A stretch of 64,000 nt of DNA. Origin: Lama guanicoe. Lineage: Eukaryota. Location: positions 1,054,001 through 1,118,000 of the forward strand of contig MU054212.1 in assembly GCA_013239625.1 (NCBI GenBank). Direction: 5' to 3'. The notes below the pieces were generated by a model. It ran no database searches. It had not been told where the DNA came from and saw nothing but the letters and a program-made list of their open reading frames with translations. Below, one piece after another: positions 13,651 to 29,033 of the stretch (positions within the stretch are counted from its first letter, which is position 1; every line of letters starts with the position of its first letter). The translations under genes and the position numbers were made by a program.

Positions 13651-14714
13651 CCAAATGTAGCCCTCTGGCCCTGAGGTTTGGAATCTCATCTTTCCAGTCT
13701 CCCTGAAATACTGTGAGTGAAACAGCAGATCAAAGTCCGCTTTTTATAAATATTTAAATAATGTCACAACTAGTAACACCAATCTGGATAATTATTTAAA
13801 GACATTACGTATTACAAACCAGAAATCAAGTTTTTAAAATGATGCATCAGTTTAATTATCTTGGGAACTATCATGGGAAAGGAATACAGTTTGACCTTGG
13901 AGGTCCGGGTGTTTTGTATGGCTTCACCAACAGTCAGAAAGCTTCATTTTAACCTTAAATGAAACATTACATTTAACAACGCTTTCATGCCTGAGATCCA
14001 GCTGGAGAAATTCATTTTGGAAAGCTATTTAACACTATTAGGCACATGAATCTGTGAAACAATATGAAACAATGGCAATAAAATAGTAAGAAGTAAGTGG
14101 AAGCTAAAATCAGGGGGAACAGTCAGTGCAAAAGGTGTCCTTCTGTCTTCATGATCAGATATTTCGGCTGAAGATACAAAGAGAAAAATAAACGTTTCCC
14201 TCAAGAACTATCCCTTTGTTTTGTGCAGTGGTTTTCATTTGTGTACAGTAAGATGATAGAGAATAAATTATGGAGATGGAACCAACTGTAGGAACAGAAG
14301 GAAACCAGTCTGTAGCTCTGAAATCTTGTGTGAGTCCATCGGTGTGGTCAGCAGGTATTTTACAAACACTCAGGAAATCTGTTATGATCGTCAAACAGAA
14401 GACCAAGAGAGAAGTTTGTATTTGTCCAGAAATCTGGGGGAACAAAGGGAAATGAAATCCAGAGTCTTCCTTAGCCTGGTTTAGTACCAGGTGCCACCTA
14501 GCCCCACCCACTTGCACGTCCCATTGCTGGGCTCACCCCCACCGTTTGGAAATACCATCAATTGACCCAGTTTCAAGACTTTAAAAAAGCTTCATCATTA
14601 TGTAACCACTGTTGGCCCTCATAGCCCGGCTGTACGTTGGACGATTGTTTCTACCAGGTATGGTGCTCGGCAGATGGAAAAAGAATGGCAGCAGGAACTA
14701 TGAAATGCCTTATC

Positions 14715-15862
14715 ACAGTGGACCTCAACCTTCGCTGCACAGGGTCATCACCTGGGAGCTCTGCGAATGCTGGAGCCTGGACTTGTCCCAACGCCCCCCC
14801 ACCCCCACTCCACCAGAGTTGCTGATTTCGTTGGTCTGGGAGCATCAGAGACATCAGGATTTTTTTCTTTTTCTTTTAAAACAATTATAGATTCATAGGA
14901 GGTTGCAAAGTTTTCTCTAATGGTTACATCTTACATAACTATAGTTACAATATCAAAACCAGGAAGCTGGCGTTGATGCAATGTGTGTGCATAATGCCAT
15001 GCCATTTTATCACATGTGTAGATTGCATAACCACCACTGCAATTAAGATACAAAACTATTTCATCATCACAAAGATTACCTTTGTACCCCTTTTGGTATC
15101 AACTACCCCCTTTCTCCCTGCCACTCTGACAAAAGACTAATCTGCTCTCCATCTCTTTACTTCCATCATTTCGAGAATGTTGTATTAATGGAATTATATA
15201 GTAGGTAACCTTTGAAAGTGGCTTTTTCACACAGCATAATACTCTTGAGACCTATCCAAGTTGTGCGTATCAATAGTTCATTCCTTTTTGTTGCTAGGTA
15301 GTATTTCATTATATGGATGTAACACAATGTGTTTACTAGTCACCTATTATAGGACATTTTGGTGGTTTACAGTTTGGAGCTATTATAGATAAAGCCACCA
15401 TGAACATTTGGTTAAAGGTTTCTGTGTGAACATAAGTTTCCATTTCTCCGGGACAAACGCCAGCAGCACAATTGCTAGGTTGTGTGTTAAGTATATGCTT
15501 AGTTTTTTAGAACCTGCCAAACTGTTTTCCAAAGTAGCTGTTCCTTTTTACATCCCCACCGGTGATGTAAGAGTGATCCAGTCTCTCTACATTCCTGCCA
15601 GCATTTGGTATTACCATTATGTTTTATTTTAGCCATTGTGACAGGTGTATAGTGATACCTCACTGTAGTTTAATTTTCATTTCCTTCACGGCTAGTGATG
15701 TTGAATATCTTTATATGTGCTTATTTGCCATCTGTATATCCTCTTCAGTGCAATGTCTTACATCTTTTGCTCATTTTTTAATTGGGTTTGAACGTGAGGA
15801 TGGGGACATATTTAAAAGTTCCCTAGATGTTTCTAATATGCAGTTAAATTTGGGATGCACTA
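14715..15862. mobile_element. MER5A DNA transposon split in two (14715-14862 and ~15805-15862) by an L1 insertion
   Basis: Left arm cagtggacctcaaccttcgctgcac...tcacctgggagct...ctgattt...ggtctggg; right arm tttaaaagttccctagatgtttctaatatgcag...ttgggatgcact. Confidence 0.65.
14863..15790 (-). mobile_element. L1 (L1MB/MC-like) 3' portion
   Basis: Reverse L1 3'UTR/ORF2 end: caatagttcattcctttttgttgct...gccaaactgttttccaaagt...gttgaatatctt...ttatttgccatctgtatatcctcttc. Confidence 0.85.
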
Positions 15863-16534
15863 CTTTTTTATAAACTCTCTGTGGTATACTCTAAACTGAA
15901 GCTGTTGAACCAGGGATAACATTAAAATAAGGCCTCTATGGTCAGGACTGACAGATTAAACATGCCTGCAGTCCAAGGGAAGGGAGCTGGAAGTGCTTTC
16001 CAGGAGCTCGGGCAGCTCGCATATGCTCACCCCAGGGCTGGAAGGGCGTCTGAGACCTCCAGAGGATAATTCTGGAGATGTAGACAAAATACCTTCTGCC
16101 TCAGGATCGTGGTGTGCATGTCCTGTGCATGCATGCACATGTACACATGTGTGTAAAATGTTGATTCCTGGGTCCCAAACCCCAGACCCACAGAATCAGA
16201 ACTTTTGGGAATGGGGCCTAGCAATCTGCATGTATAGATTCCTACATGGTCAAAGATTTGAGACTCACCTTACTCAGGGAAGATTAGGGACCCAACTTTC
16301 CACTGCTACAGCTTTAGGGCACAGGTAGATGCCATTCTGTTGAGAAATTGGCTTCAAGAGGAATTCTCTTGAGCCGATTTGGGCACAGAAACTTGTGTTC
16401 TCCATCAGAGACATGGGGACCAGAGAGATCTAGGATTGTGTGTTCGCATGCCTCCGACTGGTATTCCAGAAGCAGTTCTCACATATAATCACACCTCTGT
16501 GTCGAGAAGTAATCATTTGTAGTAATCAACAATG

Positions 16535-16712
16535 TTAATAACGATTAACATTTATGGAGTGCTAATTATGTGCTAAGCTTCTCCCACATGCTAGCTCCCT
16601 TAATTCTTATAATAACTTAGAGGTTATTGTGTTTCCTATTTTGTAGAAGAGGAAACTGAGGTTCAGAGAGGTCTGATCATTTGCCCAAAGTCACAAAGCT
16701 CACAGATGACAG
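16535..16712 (-). mobile_element. MIR SINE
   Basis: taacatttatggagtgct...gaggaaactgaggttcagagagg...ttgcccaaagtcaca. Confidence 0.8.
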
Positions 16713-18057
16713 AACTGTTTCTCCTTCTGGAATTCCCTCTTATTTTTGTCCTTGGTTGTCCCAAACTCCAGTTTTTTTTTTTTCAGACCTACTTGAACCT
16801 CATTGAAAAAAAATGATAAAAATTTAGAAGTATATTTACAGAGCTCTGAGTAGCCTAATGGGTCACCATTGTGTAGCTGGAATAAATGCTACACGGAAGT
16901 TGCACTTCTAATGATTTCTCTGGTGCCGCACTGCAGTGTGAACTGTGAACGTCAGGCTGGTTCTGAACGGAGAGAGTGAAGCCCTCGGGAGCAGAGAAGT
17001 GATAAACTACTCTACAGAGTTAGAGATTATTTCCATCCTGCTACCCAGGAACCAGTAATTATGGGAGACTAAGCCGCACCCTTTAAACACACACGTGTGG
17101 CCCTGGCCGCACCGACGCAGCCACCTGGTTCAGGTGAAAGCTCTTTTGTTTTCTGGCTGACATCCTGCAGCATCTTGGATGATTGCCTCTGAGTTGCGTT
17201 GACATAATTGATGTTTTCCCGTCTCACTGTTCATAATTCCTGGTGCCTCGTCATTTTATGCCTTTGAGCCTCGGGTGGGTAGAGAGCCGTGGCCATGTAG
17301 GTAGGTTGAAATGGTTTCCTCCTTTCCCTTCCCAGGTTCTAAGCCCAAGGCTTCATGCAAGACCTTTGGGAATCAGAATGGAAAGAAAGCAGAGCCTGAA
17401 GGCAAAGCCTAAGGTGTAAGGCTCTGTTCCAGAAGGGAAGAGTCAGGGGAGAGGAAGTGAGTCAGGGAGGATGTGGAAGCAAATGCAGGTGGAGATAAGA
17501 CCAGGCTGGCCACGTGCCACCAAAACCCAGTTTCCTCAGGAACCTGGATCTGGGCTGCAGAGCCTCTGCTGCTCCTGTGATGGGCACAGCGGCTGCTGTG
17601 CCAGAGCTGGCCTCCACCCTGCCCCTCGGGGAGGCTGCCTCTGCAGACAGTGGCAGAGAGCAGGCCACAGTGTGAAGCTAGCAGCTGGTCCCGGCAGGTA
17701 GAAGGGTCCCAGCAAATCTGGGGAGGCACAGAACTCAGGTCCAATGCAATACTCTTTCCAATTTTAATGCAGCATTTGAGCATCAGGTTTTTGGTTGCAA
17801 GCTGCAGGACTCTAGTCTAGATTTCTTAAGCCAGAAAGGAGTTTACTGGGTGTACAATTAAGAGCTTTCAGAGACTGGAGAGTGAGTCTCACAGAGCAGG
17901 CAGTGAGAGCGGTAGCACTAGTTGGCCAAAACAGTGGCCCCCGTCTCCCTGTCCCGGTGGTAGCCCCCTCCCTCTATCCCATGGCCCAACATCACTGCCT
18001 CTCCTGAGACTATACACCACCAGCCACGCCTCCAAAATACTAGAGGGGGGTGATGCT

Positions 18058-18195
18058 TGTAGTGGCTTGAACTGTATTCCCCCACCCCCAATTTGTATGT
18101 TGAAGTCCTTACCCTCCTGTACCTCAACATGTGGCCTTATTTGGCCATAGGGTGTTTGCAGAGATAATCAAGTTGGAATGAGGTCATTAGCATGA
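18058..18195 (+). mobile_element. MaLR LTR 5' fragment (MLT1B/C-like)
   Basis: tgtagtggcttgaactgt...tatgttgaagtcct...ttatttgg...tttgcagagataatcaagtt...atgaggtcattag. Confidence 0.7.
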
Positions 18196-18199
18196 AGCT

Positions 18200-18400
18200 G
18201 ATAGCCAGGGCACCCCACCCTTCTGGCTGCCTCCCCACGTGACCGAGGCTGGCCAATCAGAGCATTCCATCCTCCAGCGCCAGGTCAGGGATCGCCATGT
18301 GAGTTGGGCGGCGCCAGTCAGAACCATCCTTGACAATGGCTGTGGTAGAAACTGGAGAGAGAAGGTCTCTCTCTCTCTCTGGGAATGGGCAAGCGTGGAG
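18200..18400 (+). mobile_element. ERVL LTR16/LTR33-like fragment
   Basis: gtgaccgaggctggccaatcagagcattccatcc...ccatgtga...gccagtcagaacc. Confidence 0.5.
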
Positions 18401-18959
18401 ACCAGTGCTGACAGAAGAAACCTAAAAGAGGGGAGCGGGATCTAGATTTAAAGACTACAACTTGAGATCTCTAGTGTTGGTGACTAGCTCAAAGAGAGTA
18501 GAGACTGAGGTGACCAGCAGCGATTTTGAGTTGTAAGGGCTGGTGGTGGTAGAGAAAATGCAAATCTGGCAAACAGGGGCCTCGCATTGCTTATACCCCA
18601 GGGCGATGGGTCAAGGTTGGTACCGCTCTCAGGACTTTTTTTAGTGTATGAGGAATTCTGGGTTGTTACAATGCTTGGGAGGTGCTTTTGGCCTTGAGAG
18701 GCAGACTCCTGCAACGTACCGGACAGTCCTACAGAGTGAAGACTTGTCCTGTTACCTGCTCTCCCCCGCCGGAGAGAGAAAGGTCAGCCTGTACGGAGAA
18801 GTAGAGTCTTGGTGTCACTGAGTGAGCACCTGTACCCAGCTCTACAGTTGTCTGAGCTGAAGCCTCAGGCTGCCCCTTTTCCACTGAAGCCTGTTTGAGT
18901 TGGTTTTGGCCACGTGCAACAGACAGAGACCTGACCGTTTCACACACCAGCGAGTCACA

Positions 18960-19540
18960 AGTGCTCTGCTTTCCTGCAGTCGCCTCTTCTAAGTCTCTAG
19001 TCTCCTTCACGTTAAATGAGCCCTTCATGTAAAGTCAGTGATGTCATTCTCATGCCTAAATTCCTTTCTGGCTCCGCATTGCCCGTACATTCCTCAGCAA
19101 GGCATAGAAAGCCCTGGTGCCCTGACTCCTACCCACCCCCCAACCCTCATCCCTTGTCCATTCCTGCCTCATAGTCCACACGCTGCAACAGCGGCACTGT
19201 TGGGGGATTCCTGCTGTTTCACGTGGCTGTGCCGTCACTCATGCTGTCCCCCCGCCTGGGATACATTTCCTACCTCTTTCTTCTGGACTCAGCTCAGTTA
19301 TCTAATCTCTCACAGGAAGCCGTCTATGAACCCCCAGGTGGACTGATAGCTCTCCCCTGTTCTCCCACAGCACCCAGCATACACCTCTATCTTATGACCA
19401 TTTTGTGTTAGATTATCTGTTGGTGTGTCTGTCTCACCTATTAGCCTAAAAGATTCTCAGATTCAGGGGCTGTATCTTCTTCAGCTTTGTTTTCCGGTAC
19501 ACCTAGCACACCGTGGCTGGCACTTACTGTTGAACTGAAT
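18960..19540 (+). mobile_element. L2 LINE 3' portion
   Basis: Pyrimidine-rich L2 3' region ending ...cctagcacaccgtggctggcac...ttactgttgaactgaatt. Confidence 0.6.
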
Positions 19541-19826
19541 TGGCCTTTGTTATGAGTAAACTGTGTTAGTCTTTCTGATGTATCCGGTAATTAAGTCATC
19601 TCAGAAAGCATCTGGCACAAGCTGCAATTTATATAATACATCCTTCTTGGAGTGAATCACAAGTGTACCTGGGAGCATTGGTATGAAAACGAGTTCTTCA
19701 CAGGCAAACAGTTTTTAAATTTGCTTGAATGACTGAATTGAACAAAGAAAACAAAAGAATTGTTAAATCTGGGGGAATGAAAGCGGTTTTTATTTACACA
19801 TGGCCATTTGTTCCCCGGGTACGTAT

Positions 19827-19841
19827 GGGGGGGGGGGGGGG
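19827..19841. repeat. G15 homopolymer
   Basis: Read directly from the sequence. Confidence 0.9.
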
Positions 19842-20899
19842 CGTGGAAACCATAACCTTGCCTCTGGGCAGAGGTGAGGGGGACAGCACCCCCTAAGGTG
19901 GTTTCCTTTCAGAAAGGTCGAGGAAAGAAGGTTGGTCCTGAGCCTAGAAAGCTGTTGTTCTTTGCCCTGGTTTAGGGAGTGAAGAAGCTAGTTCCTGGGG
20001 TACCTGGAGACCAGTTCCCTCTCGGTGGATGCAAACTGGTTCTCATTTTCCCTTTTCCGCCTCACAGTTATCCCCCTATTTTCACTGCTTTTGTCTCAGA
20101 GGAGATGGCAGGCTGAAGGGGGTGAGGAGAAGTGAAGAAATGTGTATTTTTAGCCATGACACAGCTGAATGTTCTGAGTCTTATTTTACAACCACATTTA
20201 AAAATAAACGTCAAGAGTTGGGATTTAAGTGATTTCTCGGTGTCCACATCCTCCTTTCCTCCTAATGAGGGCCCGTCTTCTTCTGACTGGTTACCCTCTG
20301 CGGAGTGTGTCTTTCCACTTCAGATGTATAAACCTCTAGCCTGGGAACGCATGGGATTTCTTAAGATATGACATGAAATTTCTTTTGTCTTAAAGGTCTG
20401 AATACACACCTGTCCTCAATTTAATAACACAACTGTTCATATCCAAGGATGTAGAAATGATTTAGTACCAAAATCATACACTAAGTTCCCCTTCCACTCT
20501 TGCAGTCTTGCGGTGTTTCTGAAACACACGCCACGGGGCAGAAATGTGCACAAAGAGGAACAGTCGCTGCTCTGCTTGCCAGGGGTTGCCCCCCAGACAA
20601 CCCTTTCTCACGGGGCTGCTCCCTGACATTAGACTCAGCTAGGCTTCTCGGTAAACTGCGGATACCTGGGGTCCTCCCCTGTTTTAGGGACATCACAGAT
20701 GAGGTCATGTATTTGCCTGTCTTCAATACACCTTTTTAAATGTAAGTGATATTCTTACTGGCAGGAAGAGACGATGAGGATGGCCACATGGAACGCGCAA
20801 GGATGTGTGTGCGCACGCGCCCCCTCAGTCAGGCCTCCCACAGGTACTAGGTTTTACTTTAACCACAAGACTTGCCCACTCTTTGCAACGAGACCTATA

Positions 20900-21075
20900 T
20901 GTAAACCTCACTTGGACCCTTACTGGCTGCGTGGCCTTGGGAAAATCATCCAACTTGTTTGTATTGATTTTCACATCTGTAAACTTGGGATAAAGCCCAC
21001 TTCGCAGGGTTACTTTGAGAATTAAATGGAACAACAGGTGTAAAGTCTTAACCCAGCACCAGGGATGTGGTAATG
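20900..21075 (+). mobile_element. MIR SINE
   Basis: cttactggctgcgtggccttggg...cacatctgtaaacttgggata...tgagaattaaatg. Confidence 0.7.
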
Positions 21076-21224
21076 GCAGCCAGCAGCCATTCCTGATTTA
21101 TGGACGCACTTCAGGATGAGACTTTTTAATAGTAAACTTTTATTTTCTGCCCCAGATGTATGAAATCGAAGAATCAAACCATGATCTCTCTTCTCCTATT
21201 GTTTTTCACTCTTGTTTAGAATGA

Positions 21225-21370
21225 TTTTTTAATTTAAAATTAACAGCTTTATTGAGGTATGATTTACATACTATAAAATTCACCACCAACAGTGTACAAG
21301 TCAGTAGTTTTTAGTGTATTTGCAGAATTGTGCAACCATCACTGTTATCTAACCATAGAAGATTTTCAAA
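21225..21370 (-). mobile_element. L1 3' end fragment
   Basis: cagctttattgaggtatgatttacatactataaaattcacc...cagaattgtgcaaccatcac. Confidence 0.75.
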
Positions 21371-21374
21371 ATAA

Positions 21375-21376
<2 letters not shown>

Positions 21377-21406
<30 letters not shown>
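21377..21406. repeat. (TG)15 microsatellite
   Basis: Read directly from the sequence. Confidence 0.95.
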
Positions 21407-21409
<3 letters not shown>

Positions 21410-22849
21410 CCTCCATAGGGAAGCGAGCTTGTTTAATAGCATCTTTTAAAACACATATCCAGTATTATCCACCGTAGTGGATATTTTCTCCTTTGTATAC
21501 TTTGGGAGACTACAAATGCTTTTTTTAAAGTGTTTTTTTTCGTCTTTCTGATTTCTTTTCTGGAATCATCTTCAAAATTGTATGCATGTTTTTAAAGATA
21601 TCTTCAGTTTTGATAGATCATCGTTTGAAGATACATGTGAAAGTAATCAAAAAATAGGGATTCGCTCCCATCCATGATTAATGAGGGGATGGGGGAACTC
21701 AAAACTGGGTCATAAGATTCTGGGGCTCAGAAATCAAGGATTAGCTGTAAAGTGGGGGTTCAGGTGTTCTCTGTGGCCCATATGTTAACTCTAAAGGTGT
21801 AAAGAATGAACAAATTAGCAGGAAACCAGTGAATATCTGTTCATAAGGTATACATCTGTTATAACCATTTAAGGAGTAGATCTAGGAATTAAATGGATTC
21901 TGACCAACTATGCCGTTTGTCTATGTAGAAGTCTGTTATGATCCTGACCATATTGAACTAGGGATGTGTATCTGGCTACACGTTTCATCTGTAGTGATGA
22001 GAAGCCTTGTAATATCTGTCTAAACTTTGCTGGCACTCACCCCTGTTCTGTGAGAGCACAGAACACTTAGTGAGTGTGCCCTGCAAAAAACCAGACTGTC
22101 AGGACTCTCCACTCTGCGATGTCCACATGCTTGCCCAGGTGATTCCTGTGTGGATTACCTGCATTGACAGAAAACTTTTCAACTAGTTCTTTAAGTTACT
22201 ACGGGGAATTCAGTGGCGCTGAGCCAGGACACTTAGATTGCTAATTTAACCCCAGATCAAAACACAAGTGATTAAATGAATAAGGCATTATTTGATATTA
22301 GCAAGGTGTCTCTTCTTGCAGAGATAAACCAACCATAGCTGACCGCAAACATGCTACTCACACAGGACATAGAAGATGCATTTTTTAAATGTCCAAACTA
22401 AATATTATTGATTTCCTTGTCCAACCCTTCAGGCAGTGTCAAAAACATATTAATGGATTATTAAAGCAGAAACCATTCAGATCCAACTGAAGAACTCTAA
22501 AACCTAGACATTTTTACTTTTTATTTTTTATACACTCTGAAAATCTTCACTTCTTCCTCAGGATGCATTAATAATAGCAAACATATCATTTACATTAGAA
22601 ATGATTTAAATCAGCTATCTCCATATGATGCATTTGGTTATTTAATTGTACAGATTTTCTTGTAGGTGGATATTTCAAGGTAATACTGTTGGAAAAATAA
22701 TGCTGTTGACAAGTAAATATAAGAACAGAAGGATCCACTAGCATTCATTGATATTAGAAAAATAATTGTATGGATTCAGATAATATCTTGCTATTTCAGC
22801 TTATTCACATGCCTGCTCTTTCAGTTTCTTGCCTTGAAGGTACTGACTG

Positions 22850-22960
22850 TCTTCATTATCATAAATGGGGAACTGAGGCTGAAAGAGGTTAAGTCAAATT
22901 GTCCCAGGTCACAAAGGTAATGCATTGCAGAACCCAAATCATAGTCTATGGCTTGAATTC
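22850..22960 (-). mobile_element. MIR SINE fragment
   Basis: aaatggggaactgaggctgaaagaggttaagt...gtcccaggtcaca. Confidence 0.7.
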
Positions 22961-23899
22961 CTGGCCCAATCTCCCTCCCCCTGCACTTCCAACTCACTCC
23001 TGTGGTAGCTCACCCTCATCATGCAACTTACAAACGGGGACTGAGCACCTGCTATGTGCTCTAGACAGTCCTAGGGAATCTGACTACACTTTGATTTAGA
23101 AACAAATCCACGCTGGGAAGCTAGAGACGGGCTGCTGCTGCTCCCACTTAAAACAGATTCAAGTGAGTAAGGTTATGTGAATGGAAAGGTGTCCCCTCCT
23201 TCTTCATACAGTCGGGGGAGAAGCCTAGTGGTTACAGACAACTGAGCCGTGCCATTTGCTGTCAGTTAGTGTAGAAAAGGTTTAATATTTTAGCATAATA
23301 AGACCAGGATTGTTAGTAAGAAATAGGTAAAATTACATGAAGAGAAAGAAAATAAATTTCTTGAATGGGGCTTCTGGATAGAAATTAGTCAAGATCTGTT
23401 TGGCTTTAGATAATCCAGAAGAAAACCCACCAGTGCACTGCATGGACCCTCCCATAGCTTTTGGCACCTTTCCTCTCCTCATCCATGGGATCAGAGCTCA
23501 TCTGCCTCCCACCCCTAGGACTCAGCAGACCCAGACCTTGAAACCAGAGACAGCCTCTCCCTCTATAGAGCAAGAAAATGTAGGGACATTAATTTTCCTG
23601 TTCTCCTTTTTAGAGTTCCAGACATTCTGGAACCTGTATTTATTTCGATTGGTAGTGCAGAAAAATACCTTAAGGCAAAAAAAAAAATACCTAAGGCATT
23701 GTTATTAGCATTATTAAAGAATTTTAATATAACTGAAGCACAAGCAAGATTTTCTTGAAGTAGCGTCGCCTCTAAAGGCATTTAAAATAATAATCCCCCA
23801 ATCCCAAAACGTGTTTAGGAAGACAAGGCTAAGAGTGTTTGTTGTCTCTCTGACATCCATTTCCTACCTCTTTTTTCCTAATAGGTCTGGAATTTCCTA

Positions 23900-24352
23900 G
23901 CCAAGGAGTTTGGGTGGAACTGGTTCCACCTCCCAGGCCCTGGAGCAGGCTCTGGTTGGCTTAATCCAGTCATACTGAGCCACCCCAAGTCCCTGCTCAC
24001 ACTAATTGGTTCAGAAATGAGCACCTGACCACAATCAGGCCCAAGTCAATGTGGTTCAGTCAGGGGATTTTTAGCTAAGCCCTGGAGAAGCAGTGCCTTC
24101 CTACTGGATGTGAAGAGGCAAGCAGGCAGCCATGGGAGCTTCTGACTCTTCTGGGACCAGGAGAGGAGGGCCTGTCTGAGATCAGAGTCACCAAACATCA
24201 AAGGGACAGAGCTGAGAGGTGGAGAGATGAAGAAACTGGGTCCTAGTCATAGTGTTGCTGCCCTGGGAGACCCCCTTCATGAATCAATTCATTTGCTATC
24301 TTGAGCCAATTTGCGTCAGGTTTTTCTGTTCCTTGCAACCAAGGCATCTTAT
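23900..24352 (+). mobile_element. ERVL LTR (LTR16-like)
   Basis: attggttcagaaatgagcacctgacc...cagagctgagaggtggagaga...ttgagccaatttg...ttttctgttccttgcaacc. Confidence 0.6.
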
Positions 24353-26549
24353 TTAAAAAATTACCGTGTAATTATAATACAGATGTCTAAAAGTTTTCAC
24401 TGATAACTTGAACTTGGAGTTTCGTTTTCATAATGAAATCTCATGAGGAACCACAAAATACTGGCAATACCCACAAGACGTCTAAAGAAAGGGAGTAAGT
24501 TCTTTCCTTCCCTTGAGAACCTTTTTCTTTTCTTTTCCTCTCTCCTTCTCTCCTCTCCCCTTCCAAAGGAAACACTTGGGTAAATCCTATTAGGCTGAAG
24601 TCAAGGGCACTGAAGACTGCATTGGTTCTGCAGGAGGGTGCTGAGAATCTCCCAGTTTCAAGTGCATGGCGCCCTAACATGTTAGTCATCTAGATTTTCT
24701 TTCCTTTTGTAGGTAATATATACCATGGCCTCTTAAATGTGCATCATTAGCTGCCATTATTAGCCAGTAAAGAAAACACAATCAGCCTTAATTCCCCACC
24801 TGCTAAGTGAACCTTGGGCAGATGTCAGTGCCAGCTACAGCTGCAACAACTCTAATTACTACTGGTCCATGCATTGTCTCCCTCCAGGATCGTGGAGCCC
24901 ATTTTGAATCCTCTTTGTATCCCTCATCACAGAGCAAATAATTGAAAATGTCCACTGACACTGCTGCTACTAATCTAATTGTTTTGGTATCTGGTTAAAC
25001 CCAACTTGGCATATATCTGGTGTATATTATATGGCAAAGTTATCCTCTATCCATATCACCCCTCCCCTATTAAGGGGTGCTAGGCTGTTGCACTGGACCT
25101 TGTCCCAATCTTTCAACAGTTTAATTTCACTAAGTCTGGGTAACCGATTGTGCTAGGTTCTTGAGGGAACTAGCCCCACAAACATGGCTTTGATTTTGCT
25201 CACCTCTCCCCCCATTTGCAGCTGCAGGGGCCCAGGTACAACTTGTTAACAATGTCAATGGTGCCAACAATGCCTTGACCTTTTCCCCCCCTCCTCAAGT
25301 AATAGGGGCAGAGAGAATTGGGTCTGGCTACCTTCTTCAGTAGGAGGGGTACAGGCTGTCTGCTAAGTATTGCCCTCTTGGCTTCCTTCCCGTGTTGACT
25401 AGATTGTTTCAGGACTTTGGGAGCGGATCGTTCTGCAGAGCCAAAGTTCAAGCAGCTTGCAAGCGCTGGGCATATTGTCAGCTCCAGTGACCACATGATG
25501 TATGGCCAGGGGTTCCTCTCTGGCAAGAGGCCCATGTGAGCCACATGGCCAGTCTAGTCCCTAAGACTGTACTGTACTGTTAGAGGGCACTGCTCATCAA
25601 AACACACACATATACATACACAGAAGTTTATTACAGAACACATAAGCACCTCTGTCACTGGGGATCTGACACTCAGTGCTGGCTCAGTGGAACCCATAAC
25701 CTATGGCAATGCTGATGTTTGAAAAGAACACTATTTTAAATCCCAGAGTGCTTGGACTTAAAAAAAAAATTGGTCAACTTGTCAGATCCTTCTCAGATCA
25801 CATGAAGGCAATGATTCCTCCGTTACAAAGTATTGTTTCCCGGGCCGAGAATCATCCACTTTCTGGCTTCTTTTGCTATTCCGATTTGTGGCTCCAGATG
25901 TACTCAGGAATTAGCATGGCTGTGTAACAGTTACACATGACAGCCAAGCAGTGACAACAATTCAAATTATTCTTACATTTGTATAGATGACTGTTGGGAC
26001 TACTGTATGGATTTAGATATTTGTGTAAGGGATGGAAAAAATCACAAAATAAATGATAGCAACTTATATGATGAAATTACATTATTTTGTAATATTTTCT
26101 GTGATCATGTATCTTACTGATCCCACTATAATGCTAGACATGAGATTCAAAATTCATGGGTAATCCCGAAACCTGAATATCGCTTTTTAAAAAAACAATT
26201 TCAGTGCTATATGCTTTGGCAAAGTTTCTCCAAATTGAATTTAATGAAGTGCACTTTAAGAACTACAATGATTTAAGAACGGTGATTTAATTTGACATTA
26301 AGAACATAATCTTTACTGCAGCAACATATATAGTGATTTTTCTAAAAGGTGAGAAAAATAAATTTATGGGAAAACACAAAAATTGATTTACAGAGTGTTT
26401 GTCTCCATAATACTACCCACTGAGCCACCACCAGCCCATCATTAGAATTTTGACAGTAAATTCAGTCATCTTTGGCGTTTTACTATCAGTCATATAGAAC
26501 CCACAGCTTTACACTTATTTTTGTTTCATAGGTATGAAAGTATAATTGT

Positions 26550-27950
<1,401 letters not shown>

Positions 27951-29033
27951 AACAGTCTTTGTGACATGGACCTCACCAGCTGCATCGTGTCTGTTGCTTG
28001 TGCCTCTCGTTACTTTGCATCATTGTGTATTCCAAACGCCTTTATTGTTTGAAAACAGATATGCATGACTGCCTGGTCTTGCAGGAATTAAAAAAAAAAA
28101 AAAACTCAGCCGAACTTTGCTCGCTCACCTCTCTGCCTGTCTTGTGAAACAGTCTCCAAAATGAGTTGCTAATGCCTCTCAAGCGAGCGTATTTATGATG
28201 GTTTTCTCTAACTTGAGGGAAACAGAAAATGGAGGGATTTTAAGTGTACGTAAGGGGGTGGGGGGAGGAAGCACACGTGTGCATAATTGTTCATCTTTTA
28301 AATGAAGCAAAACTGAAACCTGGTAGCTTTCTCGCGGGTGTGGGAGGAGCCTTCAGTTTCTTTGGGGACCAGAAGCATCTGTTTCTGGTTTAGGAAGATT
28401 GTGATTTGCCCTTTGAGTGTTGACAGGATTCAAGGATGTTGATTAGCTGCTTCTCTGTTAATGTTTAAGGGCCATATGTTGCGCGCTGTTTTAGACCCGG
28501 TGGTTTGGTGGGAGTTAGAGGACCTATGTGCAGCTGTGACTGAGTGCGACTGTGAAGAAATGAGAGGGTGGGATACAGACGTCTGAAGTTTTCAGACCTA
28601 AAGGAATGGTGGTTTCTACCGGTGGGAGCTTCCACATGCTTGATGGCAAAGCAAGTATCTAACAACTATAAACTTTTCGCAAAGACATTTTACTTTTAAA
28701 TAAGTTTTTTAAAATCTGCAAATGGAAACTTCTTAGCTTTATCCAGAACATTTTATTTTTAAAGCATACAAGTCAGACTTCAAGCTGCAGTTTCATCAGG
28801 GCTTTTCAGAGGATAGATTTGAAAGACTTACTGGTCCCACAGTCTCATATAGGTTTGTTTTTAGCAACATGAGAATGTATTTCATGAAAACTTCGTATGC
28901 TGTGCTGTTTCTTGGACTACTTTGTATGAGAGGGATGGAGAAAGTCTTAGAGTCAAGTTTATTTAGTTTTTGATCAAGGTACGGTGCTTGCTGATCTCCA
29001 TACTTCTTACTTTGAAATGTTATTTTCAGATTT

